Positions 16,475 to 25,558 of a stretch of 62,218 bases of DNA are shown here, one piece after another. The DNA lies in assembly GCA_016926985.1 (NCBI GenBank), contig JAFGNO010000192.1:1-62218 (forward strand), in the 5' to 3' direction. This DNA comes from Anaerolineae bacterium (GTDB lineage: Bacteria; Chloroflexota; Anaerolineae; Aggregatilineales; UBA3940). Positions within the stretch are counted from its first letter, which is position 1. Each line of letters opens with the position of its first letter. The notes under the pieces are model-generated. The model was not told the DNA's origin and searched no databases. It worked only from the letters and a program-made list of their open reading frames with translations. Made by a program: the position numbers and the translations under genes.

Positions 16475-17848
16475 ATGCTCGATCAAAGCCTTCAGCACGC
16501 CCGCAGCAGCCAGCAGCAGTATCTTGAGCAGTTGTTTGACCTGCTGCGCATTCCCAGCATCAGCACCCTTCCAGAACATAAACCGGACATTCAACAGGCA
16601 GCTGACTGGCTGGCTGCCGACATGAAAAGGATTGGCCTGGACAATGTTAAAGTCATGCCTACCGTCGGGAACCCGGTGGTTTATGGCGACTGGCTGCATG
16701 CCGGGGACGAAGCGCCAGTGGTTCTGGTGTACGGACACTACGATGTTCAGCCGGTAGACCCCCTTGATCTATGGGAAAGCCCACCCTTTGAGCCGGTTGT
16801 GCGTGATGGCGAATTGTATGCGCGGGGCGCAAGCGACGACAAAGGACAGGCATTTATTCACCTGAAGGCGGTTGAGTCACTCCTGGGAGCGACCGGCAAG
16901 TTGCCTGTCAATGTGAAGATTATCCTCGAAGGCGAAGAAGAAATCGGTTCACCCAGCCTGGAGTCATTTGTACTCAAAAACAAGGAACTGCTGGCAGCCG
17001 ATAACGGGCTGGTGTCAGATGGCAGGATTCTCAACGCGGATCAGCCTTCCATTGTATACGGATTAAGAGGTCTTACTTATATGGAACTCCGGGTCCGGGG
17101 TCCTCGGCGCGACCTCCATTCCGGCACCTACGGCGGCTCGGTTCACAATCCGGGTCAGGTAGTTGCCGAGATTATTTCAGCCTTACACGATGATTCGGGG
17201 CGTATCACGATTCCGGGTTTCTATGACAATGTCAGGCCGCTCACAGATACAGAACGGGATGCACTGGCGTCGGTGCCGTACACGCTTGAGCAATGGCAGG
17301 CTGAAACCGGGCTTTCATTACCCTGGGGAGAGGGCGAGTATACGCTTATTGAGCGAATGTCAGCACGTCCGACCTGCGAGGTGAATGGTATGTGGGGCGG
17401 CTTCCAGGGGGAGGGGGGGAAAACCATCATCCCTGCTGAGGCGGGCGCAAAAGTCAGCATGCGACTTGTCCCGGATCAGGACCCTCACCGTATTGCCAGC
17501 CTGTTTGAGGAGTATGTCAGGCAACTTGCCGGCAGTCACGTTGATATTGAGGTCATCAATCACTCCGCAGGTTGGTGGGCCATCACCCCCATTGACTCGC
17601 CGGAAATGCGCGCCGCTGCCGCCGCCTACAAGGCCACCTGGGGTGTAGAACCGGTCTTTGCCCGCGAGGGGGGATCGATCCCCATTGTGGCTACATTCCA
17701 GAAGGAACTGGGCGCGCCGGTTGTCCTGATGGGCTTTGGGCTGGATGACAACATCCATTCTCCCAATGAGCATTTCCGTGTCGAGAATTTTTACCGGGGA
17801 ATTGAAACAGTGATTCGCTATTACTACAACCTCGTGGAGCAGCGCTAA
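16475..17848 (+). CDS. M20-family metallopeptidase (dipeptidase/ArgE-DapE type)
   Basis: 457 aa. It has LVYGHYDVQP, GASDDKGQ and ILEGEEEIGS metal-ligand blocks. Confidence 0.85.
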   Translation: MLDQSLQHARSSQQQYLEQLFDLLRIPSISTLPEHKPDIQQAADWLAADMKRIGLDNVKVMPTVGNPVVYGDWLHAGDEAPVVLVYGHYDVQPVDPLDLWESPPFEPVVRDGELYARGASDDKGQAFIHLKAVESLLGATGKLPVNVKIILEGEEEIGSPSLESFVLKNKELLAADNGLVSDGRILNADQPSIVYGLRGLTYMELRVRGPRRDLHSGTYGGSVHNPGQVVAEIISALHDDSGRITIPGFYDNVRPLTDTERDALASVPYTLEQWQAETGLSLPWGEGEYTLIERMSARPTCEVNGMWGGFQGEGGKTIIPAEAGAKVSMRLVPDQDPHRIASLFEEYVRQLAGSHVDIEVINHSAGWWAITPIDSPEMRAAAAAYKATWGVEPVFAREGGSIPIVATFQKELGAPVVLMGFGLDDNIHSPNEHFRVENFYRGIETVIRYYYNLVEQR

Positions 17849-17861
17849 ACCAGGAACGGCG

Positions 17862-18545
17862 ATGAAGCTGCTGGATGAACTGCTCCAATCCGGATACAGC
17901 ATTTTTGATGCCATCGATCTGCTGGTAGAGGACAATCACCCTGAATTGAGATCGACCCTGTTAGAATTGCAGCACGATGCTGACAGCCGCGTACGGATGT
18001 ACGCGGCTGTGCATCTCGCCAGACAGTTTCATGATGTCAGGGCACTGCAGGGGCTGCACGAGGCATTGTTTGATACCAATCAGGCGCTTCGAAAAGAAGC
18101 CGCAGAAAATATCTGGGAGATCGGCGACACAGACTCCACATCCCTGATCCGGGCATTGCATGTTGAGCGAGGTGTTGTGCGCGAGGCAATTGTGGATGCG
18201 CTTCACCTGATTGGCTGGATTCCTCAGGACGTCTCAGCTGAGGTTGCCTTTCGTATTGCTACCCGTAACTGGCGTGACATTGTGCTGGTTGGCTCATCGG
18301 CGGTTCCTCATCTCACAGATATCTTGAATGATCCCGATGGGAATGTCCGGCGGGGGGCGGCCTGGGCCCTGGGTGAAATCGGCGACCAGAGTGCCATACC
18401 CCCCCTGATCCTGCTTCTGGAGGATACGTCCGGTGACATGTTTGGTATTGGCGAACGTGTCTGTGACGCAGCGGAAGCTGCGCTGCTCAAGATTGGTACT
18501 CCAGAGGCCCTTCGGGCGGTAGAAGAGTGGCGCGCTAATCTTTGA
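17862..18545 (+). CDS. HEAT-repeat (PBS-lyase type) protein
   Basis: 227 aa with repeated D..VR..AA.AL..(I/L)GD units (DSRVRMYAAVHL, NQALRKEAAENIWEIGD, DGNVRRGAAWALGEIGD). Confidence 0.7.
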   Translation: MKLLDELLQSGYSIFDAIDLLVEDNHPELRSTLLELQHDADSRVRMYAAVHLARQFHDVRALQGLHEALFDTNQALRKEAAENIWEIGDTDSTSLIRALHVERGVVREAIVDALHLIGWIPQDVSAEVAFRIATRNWRDIVLVGSSAVPHLTDILNDPDGNVRRGAAWALGEIGDQSAIPPLILLLEDTSGDMFGIGERVCDAAEAALLKIGTPEALRAVEEWRANL

Positions 18546-21357
18546 CCTGTCCGGGCCACCGCACGATCAGGGCAGCGATTACCAAAAAGAGTGAAATACA
18601 GCTGATGATCGCACCGGTCTGAAACGGGCGGCACTGGTATTCAAATACGATCTCATGCTGACCTTCAAGCAACTGGAGCGCCCGGAACATACCGTTTGCT
18701 TTGTAAATAGGTGCGTGCACCCCATCAACGCTTGCCTCCCAGCCAGGATAGTATGCATCAGAGAGGATCAGCCATACCTCATCGTTTACCACGTCTGTTG
18801 AAATAACTACTCTCTCAGCCTCGTAGCTTGTGATGACAGCTGACCCCGCCTGTTCTATTGAGCATCCTTCGGTATGGGATTGCCCTGGCGCGACAATTAC
18901 TGCTGTATTCGGATCATCAGCCAATGCAGCGAGGGCCTCTTCATCAGTATCAGCAATGGTAGCATTGCACACAATATAGGCCCGTGGTAGAGTGCCTGTG
19001 TAGGAATACGCTTTTACATCGGCGGAATAGGCGAGTTTGCGCTCGTTTCCCTGGCTAATGCTGGTTGGGATAAAGGTGCCTGCTACCGAATCAATCAGGC
19101 TCAGGCCTTCTATTATCATATAAGGGCTGGTTGATTGATCTGGCTCAATGACAATCCGTTGGGGTGTTATCCTCTCACCCAGTTCCAGGACAACATGCCC
19201 ATCAGCCAGATCGTCATCAAGGACCAGGGGGATCGAAACGGATGCGCTGCTGGTCGTCCCTTCAACCCTGATTTCTGCAAGAACCTGTGCAGCTTCAATG
19301 GCATCTAAAGAATCAACATCCACAATAATACCCAACGAGTCGGCCTCAAATGCCCTGACCGGGTAGGCTTCGACCAGATAGCTTTCTGCCGGGAACTGGG
19401 TATCGTAATACACGCCGTCGATCCAGCGATCTCCCAGCTTATCGGTGATGATATAACCAACATTGGCGAGCCGTAACCACTCTAGGCCCGGAATGTTATC
19501 AAGGTTCTCGCGAAGCCGTCCATCGGTGGCAGTTGCGTTCTCAGGTAAAAACAGGCTGGTGAAGAGAATATAGTCGCGGGTGGGCAGTATGCCGCCATCG
19601 AACCCGTCAATCGCCGGGATTCCCCAGGCCAGCGGCAGGTTGGGAGCCAGTATCTCCCGGTATTTGGCGCTGACAATATAATCGTAGACGGCGTCCTCAT
19701 CCAGGTATTCACCGAATATCGCCTGCATTTCACGCAGGTCACCCGGATCATAGAAGATGTCAGATAGGGCTAAAAATCTTGGCGGCGGGGTTTCTCCTTC
19801 CGTCATGTACAGCAACCAGCTGATAGCCGGGCGTTGGCTGCTCCAGGCGGTCGATGCGCTCAGGTTATTCTGAGGGAGCACCCGGGTAGCGGCAAAGAGC
19901 TCAACAAGGACGAGCACAATCAGGGCAGCCGTTGAGAAGCGTCTTGGCTGCCTTATCTGCGAGAGTATTAGCAGCAAGGCGGTCAGCAGAGCGGGGCCGA
20001 TCCATAAGAGTATCTCTGTGACAGTGGCGCTGGAGATTCCCGGATATCGATTGGCAAGGCGCTGGGCGTATGCGTGAGCCGGGATCAACAATCCCATAAA
20101 TGCCACCGGCAGGGCAATACCAATAATCTGATCTCGGAGGCGGGGGGGCTTGTCCGTGTTCTCCTTGCCAAACAGCAAATTAACCCCAACTGCAACCAGA
20201 GCTGCCATTCCCAGGCTGAAGAGAATCAGCCAGCGTGCAGGGGTTCGAAACAGGTCAAAGCCGGGAATATAGCGAACCAGCAGCCAGTAAGCGGGATTGT
20301 AGGCGCCAAGCCCCAGGAATAATCCAAATCCTGCCAGTATCGTATAGGAAAGATGATGCCAGGACCGCCGGCAGCGCCACATGCTCCAGAGTCCAATAAC
20401 CAGTCCGCTGGTGCCCATTGTCATGATATATTCCGAATACAGGTGGGGGCGATTGTAGTCCGGGAGCAGTGCCGGTCCGATCAGGCGAGGATCAAATGAA
20501 AAGGACACTGCCTCAAGTAATGATAAGCCGCCACCCCGGTTGCTCAGCCCGGTTAACTCAAGCGTGGGAAGTAGCTGCGCCGCTGCAAGGAAAATCGCTA
20601 TCGCCATAGCACTGATGACGACACCAAATGCCGGGAGTGTGCCTTTGAATGGGTGTATGCCGGGCTGTTTTCTTTTATAGTGATTCCACCAATCCGGCAT
20701 GCTGTGCCACACCGCCCATAGGCCGAGTACGACCCCGCTGATGAAGCTAGTTTGTGTGTGCCCGGCCAGAAGTTGCAGTGCAAAGACGATGCCAAGCCAG
20801 ATGACGGCCTTGCGTTTCCCTGTCCTGAACTCGCTCCACAACCACAACAACCAGGGTAGCCAGCAAAGGCCCTGAATCTGGTTGATGTGTTCGACCTGCG
20901 CCGTATAGTAGCCTCCTAGTGCAAAGACGGCTGCTCCCAGGCTGGCGCTGACGGGATGCAGGGCCGATGCTTTTTGTAGGAGCAGGTATGTGCCGATTGC
21001 AATCAGGGATACGTGGAGGATAATCGATATTTTGACTGCTATTGGTGTGTCAAAAAACACGAGTGGCCAGTTCAGCGGGTAAAGAACACCGGCCTGGCTG
21101 TTGGCCAAGAACGGCGCGCCCATAAACAGGTAAGGATTCCAGAGCGGGATATGACCGCTTGAAAGCATCATGTCCCGATAATGCCAGTACGGGTAGAAAT
21201 AGAGATACATGTCACCACGGGGCAGGATCAAATCGGTGAAAGCCATTTTCCAGTAGAAAACCAGCACTAGGCCAGGCAGGACAATGGCGGATGCCACTAT
21301 TGCCCGGCGGCAGTTTATCCCTTGGGATAGCTGGTTGCAGAGTTTGGCGACGGTCAT
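18535..21357 (-). CDS. YfhO-family polytopic membrane protein (GT-C-type glycosyltransferase candidate)
   Basis: The N-terminal block GDMYLYFYPYWHYRDMMLSSGHIPLWNPYLFMGAPFLANSQAGVLYP is the YfhO signature. It has many TM helices and a large C-terminal extracytoplasmic domain. I chose the ATG at 21357 because it forms an ATGA overlap with the stop of the upstream LLM gene. Confidence 0.8.
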   Translation of the reverse strand: MTVAKLCNQLSQGINCRRAIVASAIVLPGLVLVFYWKMAFTDLILPRGDMYLYFYPYWHYRDMMLSSGHIPLWNPYLFMGAPFLANSQAGVLYPLNWPLVFFDTPIAVKISIILHVSLIAIGTYLLLQKASALHPVSASLGAAVFALGGYYTAQVEHINQIQGLCWLPWLLWLWSEFRTGKRKAVIWLGIVFALQLLAGHTQTSFISGVVLGLWAVWHSMPDWWNHYKRKQPGIHPFKGTLPAFGVVISAMAIAIFLAAAQLLPTLELTGLSNRGGGLSLLEAVSFSFDPRLIGPALLPDYNRPHLYSEYIMTMGTSGLVIGLWSMWRCRRSWHHLSYTILAGFGLFLGLGAYNPAYWLLVRYIPGFDLFRTPARWLILFSLGMAALVAVGVNLLFGKENTDKPPRLRDQIIGIALPVAFMGLLIPAHAYAQRLANRYPGISSATVTEILLWIGPALLTALLLILSQIRQPRRFSTAALIVLVLVELFAATRVLPQNNLSASTAWSSQRPAISWLLYMTEGETPPPRFLALSDIFYDPGDLREMQAIFGEYLDEDAVYDYIVSAKYREILAPNLPLAWGIPAIDGFDGGILPTRDYILFTSLFLPENATATDGRLRENLDNIPGLEWLRLANVGYIITDKLGDRWIDGVYYDTQFPAESYLVEAYPVRAFEADSLGIIVDVDSLDAIEAAQVLAEIRVEGTTSSASVSIPLVLDDDLADGHVVLELGERITPQRIVIEPDQSTSPYMIIEGLSLIDSVAGTFIPTSISQGNERKLAYSADVKAYSYTGTLPRAYIVCNATIADTDEEALAALADDPNTAVIVAPGQSHTEGCSIEQAGSAVITSYEAERVVISTDVVNDEVWLILSDAYYPGWEASVDGVHAPIYKANGMFRALQLLEGQHEIVFEYQCRPFQTGAIISCISLFLVIAALIVRWPGQVKD

Positions 21358-22388
21358 TGCTGCTCGAATGCTTTGAGCGTATTGAACCACAGGTCATCAA
21401 ACCCACCCGGCGCAAACGGATAATAGAGGGTGATACGGTTGACCAAGCCTCGATACCGTTCCAGCACCGCTGCGCCAATCTGGTCAGGCGGGGCGGTTAT
21501 GGAGAACGTGTTGAGCATCTCGTCGGTAATGAGATTGGGCATCGCTCCCCATTCCTTACGGGTAGCCATTCGCGAAAGCTCCCCTGCGACATCTTCCCAT
21601 CCATGTGTGGCAAAGACCACCCGGTAAGAAGGCGTACTGGCGTAAAAGCTGATCTGCTGGCGGACAAAGCTCCGCATGCCATCGATCTGGGACTCGTCTT
21701 TTCCGGTGATGACAAACACCGACGCGCTGATGTCAATATTTCCCAGTGTCCTGCCGGTACGTTCTGCGCCTGCCTGGATGGCCGGGAGCACGACCTGCGT
21801 CAGGTATTGTGGAGAGTTAAGGGGATGGACATGGAACCCATCGCAAAACTCACCGGCAAGCTGGCAGAGCCTTGTATTCACCCCGGCGATATAGACCGGT
21901 ATCTTGTATGGCTGCCTGGGAGGCGTGAAGAAGGGGGTCATTAAGGTAAAGGTGTAGTGCTCCCCCCGATAATTAACCCGTTCCCCGGTTTGCCAGGCGT
22001 GCCAGATATGTCTCAGCGCCAGTATAACCTCACGCAGTCTCTCTACCGGGGCTGACCACGGGACACTGAACCGGCGCTCATTGTGTGCTTTGACCTGTGT
22101 TCCCAGCCCGAGGATGAAGCGCCCTTTGGACATGGCGGCCAGGTCCCAGCAGGTATAGGCCAGGGCCATCGGGCTGCGCGTAAAGCTCAGGGCAATGGCT
22201 GTACCCAAACGAATCGTCTCGGTGGTGGTGGCTGCCAGCCCCAACTGGAGGAACGGGTCATGGTTGACCTCCGAGGCCCAGAGACAGTCAAAGCCCATTT
22301 CTTCTGCTTCCCTTGCATAGGAAGGGACTTCAATAAGATTATCAATTGCCTGAAGCGCAGCATCACATTTAATCGGCATGTTGGTCAT
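21354..22388 (-). CDS. Luciferase-like monooxygenase (LLM) family oxidoreductase, possibly F420-dependent
   Basis: 344 aa. It reads EAEEMGFDCLWASEVNHDPF...LGTAIALSFTRSPMALA...GRFILGLGTQ, a TIM-barrel LLM pattern. The cofactor cannot be determined by eye. Confidence 0.7.
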   Translation of the reverse strand: MTNMPIKCDAALQAIDNLIEVPSYAREAEEMGFDCLWASEVNHDPFLQLGLAATTTETIRLGTAIALSFTRSPMALAYTCWDLAAMSKGRFILGLGTQVKAHNERRFSVPWSAPVERLREVILALRHIWHAWQTGERVNYRGEHYTFTLMTPFFTPPRQPYKIPVYIAGVNTRLCQLAGEFCDGFHVHPLNSPQYLTQVVLPAIQAGAERTGRTLGNIDISASVFVITGKDESQIDGMRSFVRQQISFYASTPSYRVVFATHGWEDVAGELSRMATRKEWGAMPNLITDEMLNTFSITAPPDQIGAAVLERYRGLVNRITLYYPFAPGGFDDLWFNTLKAFEQQ

Positions 22389-23148
22389 AAACGCTCCTCT
22401 GAACGGCCTCTACTAACAAGGGATCGACCGATGAGCACGGTGAAAGGACATGCTGTTCACCATCCGGACTGATAAACGTTACTAAGCCGGTTCCGGCTGT
22501 ACTGATCGTGCTTCCATTAAACACAACTGCTGTTTCAATGCCAATGCCGCATACCCAACCGGCGCTCTTCTGAATATGGGACAGAAGGTTCTGGTCGGCT
22601 TTATGCAGCCAGTCAAAGAACGGAAGGATAGTCAGCCCGTCCAGCAGGCAAAGCCCGTCTGACAATGCTGGCAAACTGTTTTGAGTCGCCTGGTCCGGTG
22701 CTGGGAACCACGGTCCAGAGGCTGATGATACTGCCCCGGCGGTGATAACCAGCCCATTTAACCCAATCTTTGCATCCAGGATGCGATGAGCCGGTGTACT
22801 TGTCAGTGCGTTCACCAGAGCCTGTGGCTGACCGCTCATGATGTATATCAGGTCAACTTCATTTAGCTGGTTGGCGACGGTCTCATTTTCTGCATCAAGT
22901 CTGGAATAGAGCGGAATGACTGACAGCTCGGCTTCCAGTGCTGTCATTGCTTCCAGGCTCTGCTTGAGCCTGTACTCGCGCTGGTTTTGCTTCATCTCGC
23001 CTAAAGCAGCGGGTACCAGACCGATTCGTTTGACAGCAGTGCGTCTGTAAGTGAGCAAACTGCGCAGCAGGGCGCATCTGTTCTGAAGCCCTTCACTGCC
23101 CAGTAAAGCCAGTAACCCGGTCTGCTCATGGTTGCCTGGGATCAACAT
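22369..23148 (-). CDS. Peptidase S51/cyanophycinase-like (class I amidotransferase-like fold) protein, function unclear
   Basis: It has RIGLVPAAL, DLIYIMSGQPQALVNAL and GLVITAGAV blocks, which resemble the S51 layout. The start was set at ATG 23148 (MLIPGN...), 6 nt downstream of a TATAAT box. The track ORF begins at a TTG at 23181. Confidence 0.45.
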   Translation of the reverse strand: MLIPGNHEQTGLLALLGSEGLQNRCALLRSLLTYRRTAVKRIGLVPAALGEMKQNQREYRLKQSLEAMTALEAELSVIPLYSRLDAENETVANQLNEVDLIYIMSGQPQALVNALTSTPAHRILDAKIGLNGLVITAGAVSSASGPWFPAPDQATQNSLPALSDGLCLLDGLTILPFFDWLHKADQNLLSHIQKSAGWVCGIGIETAVVFNGSTISTAGTGLVTFISPDGEQHVLSPCSSVDPLLVEAVQRSVYDQHAD

Positions 23149-23154
23149 ATCACG

Positions 23155-23160
23155 ATTATA
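23155..23160 (-). promoter_or_regulatory. -10 box for the S51-like gene, leaderless geometry
   Basis: The minus strand reads TATAAT followed by 6 nt and the ATG at 23148. No good -35 element is present. Confidence 0.35.
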
Positions 23161-23221
23161 ACGGCTATTGAGTTCTGCCAAAATTGCTATCCTATGGTGG
23201 GCGCTGGCCTGAATCGCGCGT

Positions 23222-23227
23222 TATAAT
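23222..23227 (+). promoter_or_regulatory. -10 box for rluB
   Basis: TATAAT lies 34 nt upstream of the GTG at 23262. No good -35 element is present. Confidence 0.3.
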
Positions 23228-23261
23228 CAGCCGGGTTAGACCAGATCTACAGGATGCCATT

Positions 23262-24020
23262 GTGCCAGAAGAGAGACTTCAGAAATTGATGGCGCATGCC
23301 GGGATAGCTTCACGCCGGGAGTGTGAGCGGATCATCGCGCAAAATCGTGTGACCGTTAATGGCTCCGTTGCCCAAGTCGGGGATAAGGCGGATCCCGAGG
23401 TTGATGAAATCCGGGTTGATGGACAGGTTCTCAGCACACCGGAAAACTTCGAATATATCGTGCTTAATAAACCGCGTGACTATATCTCAGATGTGGATGT
23501 CGGTGGGAATTTGCCTTCTGCTCGGGATTTAATTCCTGTATCCACACGCCTGTACCCTGTTGGCCGGCTGGATGTGCCCAGTGAAGGGTTGATGCTGTTT
23601 ACTGACGATGGCGACCTGACCCATAAGCTGACTCATCCGCGCTATGGACATACCCGTGTGTACCATGTCCTGGTTGAGGGTATGCCAACAGAAGAAGCCC
23701 TTACCAGATGGCGAGAAGGTTTTTATCTGGACGGGAAACGAACCCTACGGACGAAAGTTGTCAGGAGCAGAACAGAGAATGGCAGCACCTGGTTGATTAT
23801 CTCTATGAAAGAGGGGCGCAAACGGCAGATCCGTCGGGCAGCCTCAACTATGGGATACCCGGTCCGCAGGCTGATCCGGGTTCAACTGGGGCCAATTGAG
23901 TTGGGAGATCTCAGGCCCGGCAGCTGGCGTCGTTTGACTGCCGAAGAGATTGCCAGGCTGAAGAGCATCAGTGCAGGCAGAGACGGATCGGGGAAACGCC
24001 AGAAGGCAAACCGGCGTTAG
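23262..24020 (+). CDS. rluB: Pseudouridine synthase, RluB/RsuA family
   Basis: It has an S4 domain (ERLQKLMAHAGIASRRECERII), the catalytic GRLDVPSEGL block and a basic C-terminal tail. I prefer the GTG at 23262 because a TATAAT box (23222-23227) lies inside the longer TTG-initiated ORF and an AGGA lies 8 nt upstream. Confidence 0.85.
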   Translation: MPEERLQKLMAHAGIASRRECERIIAQNRVTVNGSVAQVGDKADPEVDEIRVDGQVLSTPENFEYIVLNKPRDYISDVDVGGNLPSARDLIPVSTRLYPVGRLDVPSEGLMLFTDDGDLTHKLTHPRYGHTRVYHVLVEGMPTEEALTRWREGFYLDGKRTLRTKVVRSRTENGSTWLIISMKEGRKRQIRRAASTMGYPVRRLIRVQLGPIELGDLRPGSWRRLTAEEIARLKSISAGRDGSGKRQKANRR

Positions 24021-24063
24021 CCTGACGATGGGCTTTGCCTGCAGGCAAACGAAGGGTACACAG

Positions 24064-24759
24064 ATGGGTGAAGTGTCAACAATTGCAATTGATGGCCCCG
24101 CTGCGGCTGGAAAGACTACCCTTGCCCTCAGGTTGGCGAGCAGGCTGGACTATCTCTATTTTGATACTGGCGTGATGTATCGGGCAGTGACGCTTGCTGC
24201 ACTGGAGCGGGAGATTGATCTCAATGATGAGGAGATTATGGCGCAGGTTGCTCGCCAGATTTCAATCAATGTGGTTCCACCAACGGTTGACGATGGCCGT
24301 CCGTGTACTGTGTACCTGGACGGGCGCGACGTGACCTGGGCTATCCGGGAGCCGCAGATTGATGCGAATGTCTCATTGCCGTCCACCTATGCGGAGGTTC
24401 GCTCTGAGATGACGCGCCAGCAGCGGCGGATTGCTGAACGAGGCAGGGTGGTCATGGTTGGAAGGGATATCGGCACAGTTGTCCTGCCGGAAGCGGATCT
24501 CAAGATTTACCTGGACGCATCAGCAGAAGCTCGCGCTGTGCGTCGTTTGAGGGACTACCAGGACAATGGCCAGGATGCGTCATACAATGATATCCTGGCA
24601 TCGATGCATGCGCGGGATCGGCTTGACAGCCAGCGTGATGTTGCCCCTCTAAAACCGGCAGATGATGCAGTTATCATTGATTGCACCACCCTGACGGTTG
24701 AGGAAGTGCTCGATCGGGTTATGCAGCTTATTGATCAGCAAGAGATGGATGCGCAGTAA
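24064..24759 (+). CDS. cmk: Cytidylate kinase
   Basis: 231 aa from MGEVSTIAIDGPAAAGKTT (P-loop), followed by YLYFDTGVMYRA. Confidence 0.9.
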   Translation: MGEVSTIAIDGPAAAGKTTLALRLASRLDYLYFDTGVMYRAVTLAALEREIDLNDEEIMAQVARQISINVVPPTVDDGRPCTVYLDGRDVTWAIREPQIDANVSLPSTYAEVRSEMTRQQRRIAERGRVVMVGRDIGTVVLPEADLKIYLDASAEARAVRRLRDYQDNGQDASYNDILASMHARDRLDSQRDVAPLKPADDAVIIDCTTLTVEEVLDRVMQLIDQQEMDAQ

Positions 24760-24762
24760 TCT

Positions 24763-25551
24763 GTGGACGCCGAAATTAACATAGAGTTCCAAAAGAAAAA
24801 GGTTCGCCATGATTGGCGGCGCCGCGTTTTCCGGTTTGGAATCTGGAATCTCCTGTACCGGTTCTGGTTCAGGCTGCGGGTAGAAGGATGGGAAAATATT
24901 CCATCCGATGGGCCGGTGATCATGATGGGCAACCATATGGGAGTGCTGGACCCGGTCATCATGATCTCGTTTTATCCAGATCGAGATATCGTGCCCCTCG
25001 CCAAAATTGAGGCGTTTGACGAACCGGTTATCCGCTATTTTGTCCGCCACTGGGGAGCTATCCCGGTGAAGCGGGGCACACTGGACCTGAAGGCCCTCAA
25101 ATCATCCATTGATACGATTGAACGGGGGCTGGTGGCGATGCTTTATGCGGAAGGGACGCGCAGTAAAACCGGCCTGATTAAAGGGCAGGAGGGGACAGCT
25201 TATCTGGCCCATAAGACCGGTGCGCAGGTTGTCCCCGTCGCCATCTGGGGTACGCGTGATTTCCCATATTCCTGGTGGCGTGAGTTTCGTCGCACTCAGG
25301 TAACCATCCGATTTGGGAAGCCATTCAAATTCATTGAAGTTGATAAGCGCGCTTTGCGCGACAACCTTGAAGCAATGACCGAAGAAGCCATGTATCGCAT
25401 TGCGGCAATCCTGCCCCCCGAATGGCGTGGGGTCTATGCCGATCTGTCTCGCGCCACGCAGCATTACATTGACACGGAAGTCAACTGGACACCCGTCCAG
25501 AAAAAACTGCCGCGACGTGTGGTGGTCGACTCTGGCCCCTTTGATTTCTGA
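24763..25551 (+). CDS. plsC: 1-acyl-sn-glycerol-3-phosphate acyltransferase
   Basis: 262 aa with a GTG start 3 nt after the cmk stop. It has NHMGVLD (HxxxxD) and AEGTRS blocks. Confidence 0.85.
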   Translation: MDAEINIEFQKKKVRHDWRRRVFRFGIWNLLYRFWFRLRVEGWENIPSDGPVIMMGNHMGVLDPVIMISFYPDRDIVPLAKIEAFDEPVIRYFVRHWGAIPVKRGTLDLKALKSSIDTIERGLVAMLYAEGTRSKTGLIKGQEGTAYLAHKTGAQVVPVAIWGTRDFPYSWWREFRRTQVTIRFGKPFKFIEVDKRALRDNLEAMTEEAMYRIAAILPPEWRGVYADLSRATQHYIDTEVNWTPVQKKLPRRVVVDSGPFDF

Positions 25552-25558
25552 GTGTAAT

